From positions 472,380 to 536,379 of the forward strand of contig NW_019217801.1 in the NCBI RefSeq assembly GCF_002571385.2: a stretch of DNA of 64,000 bases. Direction: 5' to 3'. Positions 51,808-64,000 of the stretch are shown piece by piece. Source of the DNA: Stylophora pistillata (lineage: Eukaryota). The number at the start of each line of letters is the position of its first letter. Positions within the stretch are counted from its first letter, which is position 1. The notes below the pieces were generated by a model. The model was not told the origin of the DNA and made no database searches. It saw only the letters and a program-made list of their open reading frames with translations. Position numbers and translations under genes: made by a program.

Positions 51808-54519
51808 NCCCCAACTGTAAAAAAGTTAGCTTTCTTTTATAAAAAAAATCAACAATAACAACAATTAAATGATAATCTTGAAGTCGCTTTCGCACCGAGC
51901 ATGGTATGTGCGACAATAATTTGGAAAGTTTGGATAATCATAACGAACGACATTGAAGAAGAAAGTAATTCCTTTGGTAAAAAATCTGTTCCGTTTGCTT
52001 TGAAGTTGAAGTATTGACAAATGCAATTTTTTTTTCAGGAAAGAAGAACTGAAAGGGGATAACAAAGAGGCAAAGAAAGAAACAGAGTGACAAGTGATCC
52101 TACACAAAGATTCTCCCACCTGTAAATTGATTTTAAATGGACACTAGTATTTTTCTGCGTAGACATTTTGATTTATTTTAGAGTCAAGAAGTCGATTTTT
52201 GCATACTTTTGGTAAACACGGTTGAATCGAAAGCAAGCGACAATGAAACCTGCAATTCAACCGTTAGATCTATTAAGAATATCAATAGGTAACTGAAATT
52301 GAAATCAAGATAAAAAATTGAACGCAGGAAATGAGCTTAATGTTTAAAAATGTAAAAATGTTGGCAAAGATTCGTCAAGACTCAAAATCATCATTGTTTT
52401 ACATAACCATGATCTGGTTTTCAATTATCCCGTAGAAGGCAAACTTGATAATCAAGGAATGAATAATGTTCGCGATTGTAGGAGATAGTAACATAACAAA
52501 CAAACGGAGGAGGGAACAAAAGGTGCGCGAGATACTTTATAATAATCTAAAAGTTAAAAGAAGAAGGAATGCAATATGCTCTAAACAAAAAATTGTAGCA
52601 AACAGAGAAGAAAAGAGAAACATTATGCAAATTGTTAAGGTAAAATAAGGAGAAAACATTGCCCGAGATACCATCGCAATAGTTAAACAGAAGAGTGCAA
52701 ACTACCATTTCGCAGGATGTTAACGAGACAATCGGCCAGAATTCATAAAAAAAGACTAGCAGACTAGATTCTAATTTAAGATACAAAGGTAAATTAGAAA
52801 AACAGCGAGGCAAATATTAACTTGGAAATCAAACGGAGAAGAAAAAAAGTATTGCACAGGATTCTGACCCAAATTTCAATCAGAGAAGAGAACGTACTAT
52901 GCGCAAGATACAAACAAAACAACCAAACGGAGAAAAGACAAAATCAGTATGTAATATATCCGTAACAAACAAAAGTAAAGGGAGGAAAAAGGGGACTAAA
53001 CTTTGATGAAAACGTCATATTGGAAAGAAAAGGAAAATGTATTGCGCAGAACATTAAAGTAAAAGTCAATAAGAAGAAGGGAAGAAATAGTGCAAAAGGT
53101 AAACTGAAGTAACAAACTGTAAACGTGGGCATGTTACGCATGCGTGAGTTATGTTTTAGATGGGTGGGTTGAGATAAGACATTTTTAGCGAGTTATTTTT
53201 TCGATTTTGTAAAAGAAAAAAAGCGTTAACTTTCAAAGTTTCCAAGAAAAATACCGTTCGATAGAGAGAAAAAAATACCCTTCTAATTCATATGTAATAA
53301 ACTCAGACATAGGCATTTTGTTCTCTGTTGTCACTGTTGTGTAAACAATTTTGATGTCACGCTTACTATAGCCTCCTTTACAGCCTTCTTTTGGTCTCGT
53401 CACACAACGCGCTCTCTTCCCCCGTGGCGTGACGAGACCAAACAACGGTTGCGATCAAGACTTTGCTTGCTCATATTGGTGCTTCGGCTCGAGCGTTTTT
53501 AATTTAACCGCAGAAAGCAAACCAAAATTTCATTTTATCTCCGGGAGACCTTAACCAAATATATTTCACGTTCTACATTTTTCGAATAAGAGAAGGTACA
53601 TTGAATAAGGTAAAAAAAAAAAATTTAAAGGCTTTTTACGTGGGCATTACAACACGTGAGGGGTAAGGTGCAGTTGTCAATCTGGACTTTGCATTCTGCA
53701 TGTGGAAGACGTGATTAAATACTGGTTGTTTACAAGGAAATCACACGTGATGGCGTGAAGTCTAGGGTAGCTTTAGGCGAATTTGATTGGTAGAAAACGG
53801 CGTCAAAGCACGTGAGAGTAGAGTGGAAAATTTACCAACTGTATCATCTGGTCTCATGAAAATTTGTTTTGTGTGAAAGGACAATACCGTAAAATTTAGG
53901 CTGTTTACTGGACAATGTCATTTTATGGGGGAAAGTCTAATCAATAGTGGCAAGAAAACACGTAACTGGTTCCGGAAAATAGCGTTTAAAAACACAAGAT
54001 GTAACTCAATGAGAACTTCAAAACGTAAAGACACGGATATTAACAGGGCAGTCGACACAGAAAGTAAATTTAACTTGCTGATCTGTTTGACCTTGGCCAA
54101 TAAAGCAACCACAAGGCAAAAACAAGATTATTGATCAAACATGCTTTTTGCAAATGTTTTCCGCAAAATTTTTGCAGAGTCAGCAAAACTAGCTATAGCC
54201 CTTACAAAACAAACGCTTAAATGATAACTTCATGTTAGACCTAAAGTTAAGGAACTTTTGTAACCCGATGTTATCGCGACAAGGCATACACAAAGGACAT
54301 TTTATATTTCAACAATTCTTTGTTGATTTCGTTTTTAGTGTGTGGCAATGTTGGGTTGATTTCATCGCCACACTTTGTGCCACCCTTATTCCATGGCATG
54401 ATTGACAAGAGGGACGATGTAATTCGGTTTCATCAACTGAGTCGATAATGTAAATTGGCCATAATGTGATGTAAATCCGTCGTACATTCAGCAGTAGGAG
54501 TGATCAGTTTCTGCCAACA

Positions 54520-54925
54520 TTTAGAACTCTCTACTTGACCCTTGTGCGTCCCCATCCGTCCAAAATCTGTCACCTTAATATATTTTATCGAGGGTGTCCA
54601 ACGACGTGTTACACGGCTTCTCCTGCCCAGGCTTCTCCTTCCCAGTTTAACCTACAACGAACGTCTTCAGCAGCTCAGTCTTCTCCCATTGGTGCACCGA
54701 AGAGAAGTTAAAGATATAATAACTTTTTGTAAATTGAAGTGTAATCTCTATAACTATTCAGTTGAAAGTTATTTTGAATTTTGCTCAGACCAAAGATTAA
54801 GGTCATATTCTAGTAATAAATTAAAGATTAACAAAGTCAGAACCGAATTATTTAAAGGCACTTTCTTTAATAGATTACCATATTTATGGCACAACTTGCC
54901 TGACAAACTTAGGACCTCAATGTAA
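54520..54925 (+). mobile_element. LINE RT C-terminal fragment (degenerate)
   Basis: IEGVQRRVTRLL..YNERLQQLSLLPLVHRR..FFNRLPYLWHNLP. Confidence 0.8.
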
Positions 54926-55027
54926 TGAGTTCTGTAAAAAGAAGAGCTTCGATGCTGGCCGCCCGCATATTACTTACCGAGATCGGTAAGACTTTTTAGA
55001 GTTGCAAAGGTTAAGTAGAGAGGGACT

Positions 55028-55456
55028 NNNNNNNNNNNNNNNNNNNNNNNNNNNNNNNNNNNNNNNNNNNNNNNNNNNNNNNNNNNNNNNNNNNNNNNNN
55101 NNNNNNNNNNNNNNNNNNNNNNNNNNNNNNNNNNNNNNNNNNNNNNNNNNNNNNNNNNNNNNNNNNNNNNNNNNNNNNNNNNNNNNNNNNNNNNNNNNNN
55201 NNNNNNNNNNNNNNNNNNNNNNNNNNNNNNNNNNNNNNNNNNNNNNNNNNNNNNNNNNNNNNNNNNNNNNNNNNNNNNNNNNNNNNNNNNNNNNNNNNNN
55301 NNNNNNNNNNNNNNNNNNNNNNNNNNNNNNNNNNNNNNNNNNNNNNNNNNNNNNNNNNNNNNNNNNNNNNNNNNNNNNNNNNNNNNNNNNNNNNNNNNNN
55401 NNNNNNNNNNNNNNNNNNNNNNNNNNNNNNNNNNNNNNNNNNNNNNNNNNNNNNNN
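55028..55456. other. Assembly gap
   Basis: Run of N. Confidence 1.
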
Positions 55457-57408
55457 AACAAGGATCCCATGGGAATATGGTCCACACTAAAAAAGTTACT
55501 ACCGAAATCTTCAAAATCTCCTAATACCATTGAAATTGATAAGAAAATAATAACATCTCCAGTCAAAATTGCTAACTATTTTCATTCATATTTTGCTACA
55601 ATTGGCTCTAAACTTGGTGAAACTCAGTCCAATTTACAGTCTGTCTACGGGCCATCATTAAGTAGTTCTACCTTTAAAACCCAACCCGTCAAAACTTCAT
55701 CAGTGCTTAGGGAACTGAAATCTTTAAAGATTAATAAGGGAGCAGGGCTGGATAACATCCCTCCTCGCCTTTTGAGAGTAGCGGTTGATATTATTGCACC
55801 ATCACTAACTTACATTTTCAACCTATCGCTAGGGTTTCTTTCCCCAAGACCTAAAAGTAGCCAAAGTGACTCCTCTTTATAAATCAGGTGCAAAGGATGA
55901 AGTTGAAAATTACCGTCCAATATCCGTGCTGCCAATTGTGGCAAAGGTATTTCAAAAAGAAGTTCACAATCAGTTCTATAAATACTTGATGGACAACAAT
56001 CTTCTACATTCCTCTCAGCACGGTTTTCGTCAGAAAAGATCAACACCAACAGCCTTGATAAAAGTCGTTGATGAGTGGTTGTACAATATTAACAATGGTC
56101 AAGTTTCAGCTGTTAAAATCCTCGATCTTGCAAAGGCCTTCGATACCGTAAAGTATAGTATTCTGGCGAGAAAACTCCAAGCTCTTGGAGTTACTGGTCT
56201 TGATTTAGACTGGTTTATTTCATATCTTGACAATCGACAACAGCAAGTATTTTTCAACGGTTTGCTTTCGTCCACCGAACATATCCTATCAGGGGTTCCC
56301 CAAGGCTCGGCCCTGGGGCCTCCACTTTCCTTGGTCTACATAAATGACCTTCCTTCTTATATCTCTGTTTGCAGACGACACTGCCTTGTATTATTCTTCT
56401 AATAATACAGATGAGATACTAAGAAGGCTTAATGATGACCTTGAAAACGTATCCAGATGGATAAAATTGAATGGATTAGCGTTAAACCACAAGAAGAGTG
56501 AGTACTTGGTCATTGGTTCACCACAGAAACTTAACCGTGTTCAATTTGGCACATTAATGCTAGATGGGATCGCAATAAAGAGAGTAGAGACCTTCAAATA
56601 CCTTGGAGTTGTACTTGACAGTAATATTTCTTGGTCAAGCCATATCGACAACTTGTGTAACAAGGTCTCCTCAAGAATCGGTATCCTTAATTGCATAATG
56701 CCTTGCCTCACATTACCATTAGCTCAAACTATGTATAAGTCAACTTTTCAGCCCTTATTTGACTACTGCGCAGCAGTCTGGGACACATGCAGTGAGACAT
56801 TATCTCTACGACTACAGAGACTGCAAAATCGTGCTGGGAGAGTTATCCTCTTGACTGATAATCGCACCCCGTCTGCCTTACTACGAGCTAAGCTCAACTG
56901 GTCGACATTACAACAGAGAAGAAAGTGCAATAAATCCATTCTTACTTATAAATGCTTAAATAATCAGCTAGAATGGCTTAATACAAACTACTTACGCCAT
57001 TCAGAAATACACAATTATAATACTAGCAACAAAGACAAGTTTGTTTTTTTCTTAAACCAAGAACTGAATACATGAAACGTACTTTTAAGTACACAAGTAT
57101 TACCTAATAGAACACATTTTCTAAGAATATCTAAAACTCTGCTTCTGTGTCAAGCTTTAAATAGCGAAATAATATTGTAATCATTTTATCATTTAATTTT
57201 ATCATTGTGTCAAGTTTTAAAAGGAAAATCAGCACAATGTTATTGTCTTAATTTCATAGTTTTGAGGTGTTCATAATCTATGTTTATATTTATTGGTGTC
57301 GTATATTGTACATTATTTTATAATTGTATTTATTTATGTCAGGGACACCTGGCAGAACAGACTGCTGAATGGTGTTCCCTGGTTAAATAAAGCTCATTAT
57401 TATTATTA
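55457..57408 (+). mobile_element. Frameshifted non-LTR retrotransposon ORF2 (CR1/L2 group) with 3' UTR and (ATT)n tail
   Basis: KGAGLDNIP, NYRPISVLP, QHGFR, DLAKAFDTV, GVPQGSALGP, FADDT, FKYLGV, LQNRAGR across three frames; AATAAA plus attattatta at ~57386-57408. Confidence 0.92.
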
Positions 57409-57889
57409 GAATGATTAAGTTTTGAGTATTAAGGTCTGAAAGCATAATCTCTCAATAAGGGCCTTTTTAAATCTTTAAAAAGTTAAAAAGTTATTTAGTC
57501 ATCACTCGCGTATTATGCAACCTGACTGATGACGATGGGAGCTGCAAAGTTCATTTTACCTGGATCATTTTTGTTGTAATACGATGTTGGCCGGCCGGAG
57601 ATGACTCTTACAATTGGACTGAGTCATGACGGGCCGGAAAGTATGGATCTCTCATGGCCTCGACTCAAGTATTTTCCCGACTGACCCTGCTACAAAATGA
57701 AGTCAATAGGACATACATGGTCGTGAATGCCTTATTTCGAGATTAAAATCATAAGTATTCTATCGTTAGAATGTCAACGCGAAACTCTTCGCAGACCTCT
57801 TTTCACTCGCCACCCCCCAACCCCCTTGGAAAAAAATCATGCTTCAGTGAAAAAAATTGACCACGCTAATCACACGGAAACGAATATAA

Positions 57890-58120
57890 TTAACAAATGG
57901 TAAACACCACAGCGTACACTATTGAGTTATGGATGCACGCGGGAGGTTGCTAAGCACGAAAGAAGCGTAAGAGTCGAGCGACTCTAGCTTCATGAGTCAA
58001 GAAGCTAGAGTCGCTCTCGGCTATCGTCTCGAGCGACTCTTACGCTTCTTTCGTGCTTAGCAACCTCCCGCGTGCATCCATAACTCAATAGTGTACGCTG
58101 TGGTGTTTACCATTTGTTAA
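57890..58120. mobile_element. Full palindromic MITE (~95-bp arms)
   Basis: ttaacaaatggtaaacaccacagcgtacactattgagttatggatgcacgcggg.. is mirrored at the 3' end. Confidence 0.85.
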
Positions 58121-58374
58121 TTAAATAGCGGGTTTACTTTACTCGTTTTAGCCTGGTAACGCTGTAGAACATGATTGCATTTAACGCCTGCGTCATGGAA
58201 GTGTTAGGAATTTATTTATTAAATGTAAATTATTTTTTTTATTCTCTTAGGATCAGTGTAGTTCGTGATTATTTGTATCTGTTACGTAATTTTTATTCTT
58301 CACTTGTGTAAACTGTTGTGTAATTAACCTTTATTGTGTATATCACGCTTATAAATACAGGCGTTTAGTCATAC

Positions 58375-58444
58375 TTGTAAAACTCCCTGAAGAAGTCTAC
58401 GACAGTTAGACGAAACGCGTAGAAAAATACAACAAGTTTTACAA
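58375..58444 (+). ncRNA. Candidate type I hammerhead ribozyme in a Penelope-like terminal repeat
   Basis: CTGAAGA core, GTCTA/TAGAC stem II, GAAA, palindromic ACGCGT, GTA triplet; outer helix TTGTAAAACT/AGTTTTACAA. Confidence 0.55.
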
Positions 58445-59003
58445 CTACTGTTCGCAGAAGTGCTGCTCACTAGTCTATAATTAAAAAATTGTTAAAAAAG
58501 TGTAAAATAACCATTTGAAAATTGTCTATAAATGTTATTTTCAGTCAAATGCAAATAATACAATGGAAACTCACTCGCCAGTTTTTTTCAGTCCAAAATA
58601 ATACGGAAAGTCTAAATGTTCCCTCTGCGTTTATTTTTTACCCAAAATAAGGGGACTACGCTTCCCCTTGCCCCTCCCATAGATCCGCCACTGATTAATA
58701 ATGACTGGTCTCTAATTACACCATGAAAATCAATAATTAAACAGTTTAGAATCTCTTGATGAACATCTGTATGAGATTGAAGGTTTCAAATGTAAATGCT
58801 TAGTTGAACGTTTAGTTGAAATTATAATTAACTTGAAACTTAAGCTCAATTAGAGTTCAATTAGAACTGGAACGAGCAAACATTGTGTCACGCAACTTTA
58901 AGAAATTTGCCTTTTTGTTAATTGATCCTTATTGACACGCTTTCGTTGTGTTTGCAAGAGGAACACCTATTCTTTTGAAAGCTCCACTACAGAAACGAGG
59001 ACC

Positions 59004-59570
59004 ATGAGTGTAGATGGGGATCGACAACGCAATCAAGTCTTCACAGACGCTGAAAATTACATCAAACAAGCTAGTGAGGTGCTACAACGAGGAGCAGCAA
59101 GACCTCGCCACGAGAAGGAGGCGATCGACGCCATGTCGAAAAAGTTAGAACATGTTCATTTTTTCATATGTGTGAATGAACATGTTCATTCACACATATG
59201 TTTCATATGTTTGTTGATGTTCATTTTTGTTCGACTATATAGCTGAATGTTGGCGGTCATCGCTTTACTACAGGTATTCAAACGCTGACCAAAGATCCAA
59301 ACTCGATGCTGACCGCCATGTTCTTAGGGAAGTTTAAGATTAAACCTTCTAATGATGGCGCTTTCTTTATCTACCGAGAAGGAACACATTTCCAGTTTAT
59401 GCTCAATTATCTTCGCACTGGGAAATTAACTCTGCCAGTAGGAGCAACATTTCTAGACGAACTTGCCGAGGAAGCTGAGTTCAACCAGATCCAAGGGATA
59501 CTGGGCGAGTTAGCGTCTAAGGCGCCGAAGTATTTTGAAGATTCAGTGATACTGACGAATGAGGAGCGAG
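59004..59570 (+). pseudogene. BTB/POZ (KCTD-type T1) domain pseudogene, 3' truncated
   Basis: STI*LNVGGHRFTTGIQTLTKDPNSMLTAMF..DGAFFIYREGTHFQFMLNYLRTG..LAEEAEF; TAG at ~59240 and a small duplication (gaacatgttcatt) break the frame. Confidence 0.8.
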
Positions 59571-59878
59571 AGAAGATTGCAAACATAAAATACTTTAGAG
59601 ATTTTTTCAAGCTTTTTGAGACTCTACAACAAAAAGGATCGAGGCTGTGTGAAACGGAATGGAACGGAAATTGCAATAATTTATTACGGACTTCAACCCG
59701 AACCCGCGCATTCGAAGCAAAAGAGGGGACGAAAATCGTCTGCACTGCAAGTATCCTGGAAAGTTCCATACATTTTCTTAGACTAAAAGTCTAAGAAAAT
59801 GTATGGGGCTTTTTGAGCGCTCCAGGGAGCTTTCCTGTAAGGCGTCATAATCTTGTTGCTGCTGACATCGATGTGACA

Positions 59879-60574
59879 NNNNNNNNNNNNNNNNNNNNNN
59901 NNNNNNNNNNNNNNNNNNNNNNNNNNNNNNNNNNNNNNNNNNNNNNNNNNNNNNNNNNNNNNNNNNNNNNNNNNNNNNNNNNNNNNNNNNNNNNNNNNNN
60001 NNNNNNNNNNNNNNNNNNNNNNNNNNNNNNNNNNNNNNNNNNNNNNNNNNNNNNNNNNNNNNNNNNNNNNNNNNNNNNNNNNNNNNNNNNNNNNNNNNNN
60101 NNNNNNNNNNNNNNNNNNNNNNNNNNNNNNNNNNNNNNNNNNNNNNNNNNNNNNNNNNNNNNNNNNNNNNNNNNNNNNNNNNNNNNNNNNNNNNNNNNNN
60201 NNNNNNNNNNNNNNNNNNNNNNNNNNNNNNNNNNNNNNNNNNNNNNNNNNNNNNNNNNNNNNNNNNNNNNNNNNNNNNNNNNNNNNNNNNNNNNNNNNNN
60301 NNNNNNNNNNNNNNNNNNNNNNNNNNNNNNNNNNNNNNNNNNNNNNNNNNNNNNNNNNNNNNNNNNNNNNNNNNNNNNNNNNNNNNNNNNNNNNNNNNNN
60401 NNNNNNNNNNNNNNNNNNNNNNNNNNNNNNNNNNNNNNNNNNNNNNNNNNNNNNNNNNNNNNNNNNNNNNNNNNNNNNNNNNNNNNNNNNNNNNNNNNNN
60501 NNNNNNNNNNNNNNNNNNNNNNNNNNNNNNNNNNNNNNNNNNNNNNNNNNNNNNNNNNNNNNNNNNNNNNNNNN
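59879..60574. other. Assembly gap
   Basis: Run of N. Confidence 1.
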
Positions 60575-61124
60575 TTTTTTTTATCTTAATAGTAATAATC
60601 TTGTAAATAGTTTTAGTGTACTGTAGTTTAAGTTAGCGTATTCCTGTAAATTAATTAGATCATTGTATTATCGTTATTGTTAGTCGCTTTATTGTTTTAT
60701 TAGCATAATAAATATCTCTAGGCCTACGTTTAGTTGTATTGTGGCGTGTGTTCTCGGACTCGTTTATGTTCTGTGTTTTGTTTGTGTTAGGGGGCACCCA
60801 CCTTTGTGGCGCGGATTCGTCACAATATGGAAAAAAAAAATAATTAAATATTTCTGTACGTAAGAAAGTTTGTTAAGCTAACTAACACTGACACTGGGAG
60901 GAAAACAAAGGAATGTTAAGTTTTCTCAAGTACGTAAATTTATAGGGACTTTGTACTCGTGCGTATTCACTTCTTTCTGCAAATGACGAATTCATGGCCC
61001 ACTCGGAAGACAAATCATTCTCGTACTATACTACGTCAAAAGCTGTTTCACCATACTTTCACGATGACTATCTGCAAAAAACCAAACTTGAGATAATATG
61101 TCAGTTTCAAGAGGCGCTATCTGT

Positions 61125-63752
61125 TCAGTTTTTCTCGTCAAAATGGTGAGGACAAATGATATCTCCTTTAAGGTCATCAAAGTTGATGTGACCCCAACCA
61201 CCAGAACTCTCATCTACAAGTCTGACTTGCGCATATTGACCAATAAACTCCACTAGGTCCCAGCTCTTACTGTACATTGTCTCTGAACAGTTTCCTGTCT
61301 CATTTCTGACGACCTGAACGCAACCAAAAACAAACAGTTTTGAATGCTTTGTTACGATGCTTGCTGACATAACTAACAATAATAATAAGAATAATGATTT
61401 ACTGACTTCATGATTGCACAGTTATCAATATAGGAATTTTCAATTGCGCATTACAATTACATGCTAAAAAATCAACTCTACATAGATAGTAAAAACTAAA
61501 AAATCAAAATGTTCACTAAGAAGATGTAGACATATAAAAAAATTACATACAAAGAATAAGAAAGCTTTTGCAGATAAAAAATGTCTTAAGGGCTTTCTTA
61601 AACTTGCTTAAAGATTGGGTATTTCTGATAGAGCCTGGAATATCCTTCCAAAATTTAGGGATGGCCCTAACATGACTATATCATGCATCAACTTACTTGC
61701 AACGCTTTAAACTTAGAGGTAAAAAACCTGTCCTTTCCAAGAAAAGTAAGCAAAAGACTAAAACAGTGAAGTAGAGTGTGGCAGAAGCCAAGTTGGTTAT
61801 CTCACGGACTCTCCCATAAGTAAGCTCAAAATAAGCCATTTCTAAGTCAAAAAATATTTCAAAAGTAAAACCAAACGTTTTCGACACTTGGTTGTTATCA
61901 GGATCATCATCAGTTACCCAGATGATGACAAAGGGTCGAAAATGTTTAGATTTTACTTTTTAAATAAATTTTTCCCTATGAGTATCTCATTTTAAACCGA
62001 AGCGAACCTTATCGATATCACGAAGCTCAGCATGGTTTCGCAAAATTAAATTCCTGATACCTTGATGAAACTACCTAAGATGTTTTAAAAGAATTAAAGG
62101 ACAAATAATAGTCAAAGTGAATAACCTCACCTCGTTGTTGACAATAAGCTCCGCGCGAGCCTCAGCCATGGTACATCCCCCACCGATAAGAAACGAGATC
62201 TTCTTGCCGACGATACGAAAACAAGGTGAAGTGAGAGTTCCTTTGGGTTTGTCGGCTCCATCTGGATGCAGCTTTCCTGCGGGATCGCTCTCATTAGACC
62301 GTTTCTCAGCTCCCCCTATCCACCAGTCCCCTTGCTGCTGGGCGCTTTCTCTTTCCCGAGCTGCTGGATTGTCACCAAATGTTGGCTGGTAGATGAAAGC
62401 TCTGCCTGTCTTTTCCCACCCGCCGATTCCATCCTCAAAGTCAAAGCTGCATGCTACATTAAGAAAACAACAAAAATAAATGTTTGATCCCCCTGAATAC
62501 TATATGATAATCATTCGGTATTTATTTCACTCATTAAAGTTTGTGTTTAATCACCTTTTTTGCAGTATACGCCAGTGAATCCTAAAGGACATTTACAACG
62601 AAATCCTTTATCAGTGTACCCAGCTTGACGTGTGCCATTGTTGAAACAGGGACTGCCGCTGCAGGGATTCTATTCAAGACAAAATGACTAAGTATCATAA
62701 ACATCCATCTTTAGTTTACTTTCCCGGGTTATCATGTAGTCTCAAAAGAGCACATTCTTGCTTGAACGATAATCTCTTGAGGCCATTTGATAACGTAAGT
62801 GCAGACAAGAATTAATTACACTTTATCAGTCGTTAAACTAGAAAATCTATCAATCGCGGTAGTCGATAATTTGTTTGCTGATCGAGTAGCGGCTGATTTA
62901 TTTTGAATGGGTCCCTTTATTTTAGCCACAAGTACCTTGTTGTTGCCTTTGTTTCAATATTGTAGAGGTAACACCACTGGTGAACCTTAGCTTTAGTGCT
63001 CTGTCCTATTCAAGTGATTCCTCATTAATTAATAATGAAAGTTGTCGAAGGATTCTTTTATCGACATTTTCCTCGAAAGTTCGATTCGTCGCCAATCTCT
63101 GTTTCTAGAACTACCATACGAAGGATGGTCAGCAAGGAGATAGATAGGCCATTCTTACCCTATTTAGTCCCGAACTAGTACTAATCATGAAGGCTATTTC
63201 ATCGTTTCACAGCACATTTCTCGATAGTCTATATAAACTAACACTTGAGAAAAAAAACGTTTATCAGATAAAAAAAAGCGTCTCTAGCGTTAGTAACAAT
63301 GTTATATAACATATGGAAAAATCTCTCAATTTCATACCATCGAAATCAGGTCAAAACTTTCCTCAGGATGCGCAATGCATTACTGAGGAGTCACTTCAAT
63401 TCAATTCATGTGCAATTGCAAGGCTAGCTTAAGAAGTAATCAAACAAACTGATCGCTAAGAATAATTGTTCACCTTTTAAAATAAGTCACTTTACCTCGA
63501 TACTGAGATGAGTGTAGTCTTGTTTACTCTGAAGGTTGGACGAGCCTGGACTTTCGTCCGATGCGTTGTTCAACTCACAAGTGTAGTTCCCTCCTTGTGA
63601 AGGCCCAACATTTATGGACACACAATTGGGCTCCCTATAACACAGCAAATTACAACTGCCTTGATGGGGCACCTCTTCAAGCCTGATTAAATGGCCTTTC
63701 AAGACTCTGTCCTGTATGGGTTCTTTGAAAATAATGGATCGGCATTCTTCAC
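61125..63752 (-). CDS. Probably secreted PAN/apple - EGF - beta-sandwich domain protein; exons 63752-63496, 62669-62555, 62453-62131, 61313-61125; 5' exon not identified in window
   Basis: Phase-consistent GT-AG exons: CNLLCYREPNCVSIN..CELNN (PAN); NPCSGSPCFNNGT.QAG..FRCKCPLGFTGVYC (EGF); FDFEDG..W..TG.AF..GTLTSPCF..ISFLIGGG..WD..GQYAQVRLVD..GGWGHINFDD. Confidence 0.8.
61858..61962. repeat. Inverted repeat resembling paired, decayed Penelope/hammerhead-like ends
   Basis: aaaagtaaaaccaaacgttttcgac..catcatcag versus gatgatgac..gtcgaaaatgttt..ttttactttt. Confidence 0.4.
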
Positions 63753-64000
63753 CTATTTGGTTTGCAAATAATAAAACAAGTTCATGCACAGTTTTGGTTT
63801 AGAATAAGATAATGTCAGGGTAATATCCTTAACAAATTAATTTGCCTCGAGAGACTCTGGATAATGGTTTGTCGCTGCCTTTTTGAACTCTAGGAGTTTT
63901 CCCTGACACGGTATCCTAGGAGACTCAAGCTCCTGCTTGTTAGTTTTTCACCGAAGAAAGAACTTGTCTCAGCAGTCTCTGTGATTTTACCGTTAGATTT

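Noticed and set aside
51830-53200. Strongly A-skewed region with short Lys-rich ORFs
   Set aside because: No long frame or motif; cannot be assigned from sequence alone.
54970-60589. ORFs containing X runs
   Set aside because: They span assembly gaps.

Overview
AT-rich, intron-containing animal genomic DNA. Repeat families, TPR-CHAT, BTB and PAN-EGF gene types point to a cnidarian, probably a stony coral (inference). The first ~39 kb holds two tandem paralogous multi-exon genes on the + strand (copy A <314-15726, copy B 25106-37281+). The ORF track splits them, but GT-AG splice sites join every exon in a consistent phase into one ~1,600-1,750 aa protein: Rab5-like small GTPase domain with degenerate G3 - LRR - Roc GTPase - COR - GT-B/GT4 glycosyltransferase - OTU deubiquitinase. 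This is a kinase-less Roco protein with two GTPase folds and two enzymatic effector domains, an architecture I do not recognise. The Rab switch regions and first LRR are very divergent between copies, while the effector exons are near-identical. Copy B has a 279-bp in-frame deletion in the GT; copy A has a duplicated exon and a stop at the end of the OTU exon. Downstream are a TPR-CHAT gene with an intact His/Cys dyad and hypervariable 120-bp repeats (cut by an assembly N), LINE remnants, a BTB/KCTD pseudogene and a minus-strand PAN-EGF gene ending in a bacterial-GH32-associated-like domain. Many SINEs and MITEs, a Crypton remnant and Penelope-type hammerhead candidates are interspersed. Domain calls come from motif recognition only; no searches were run.
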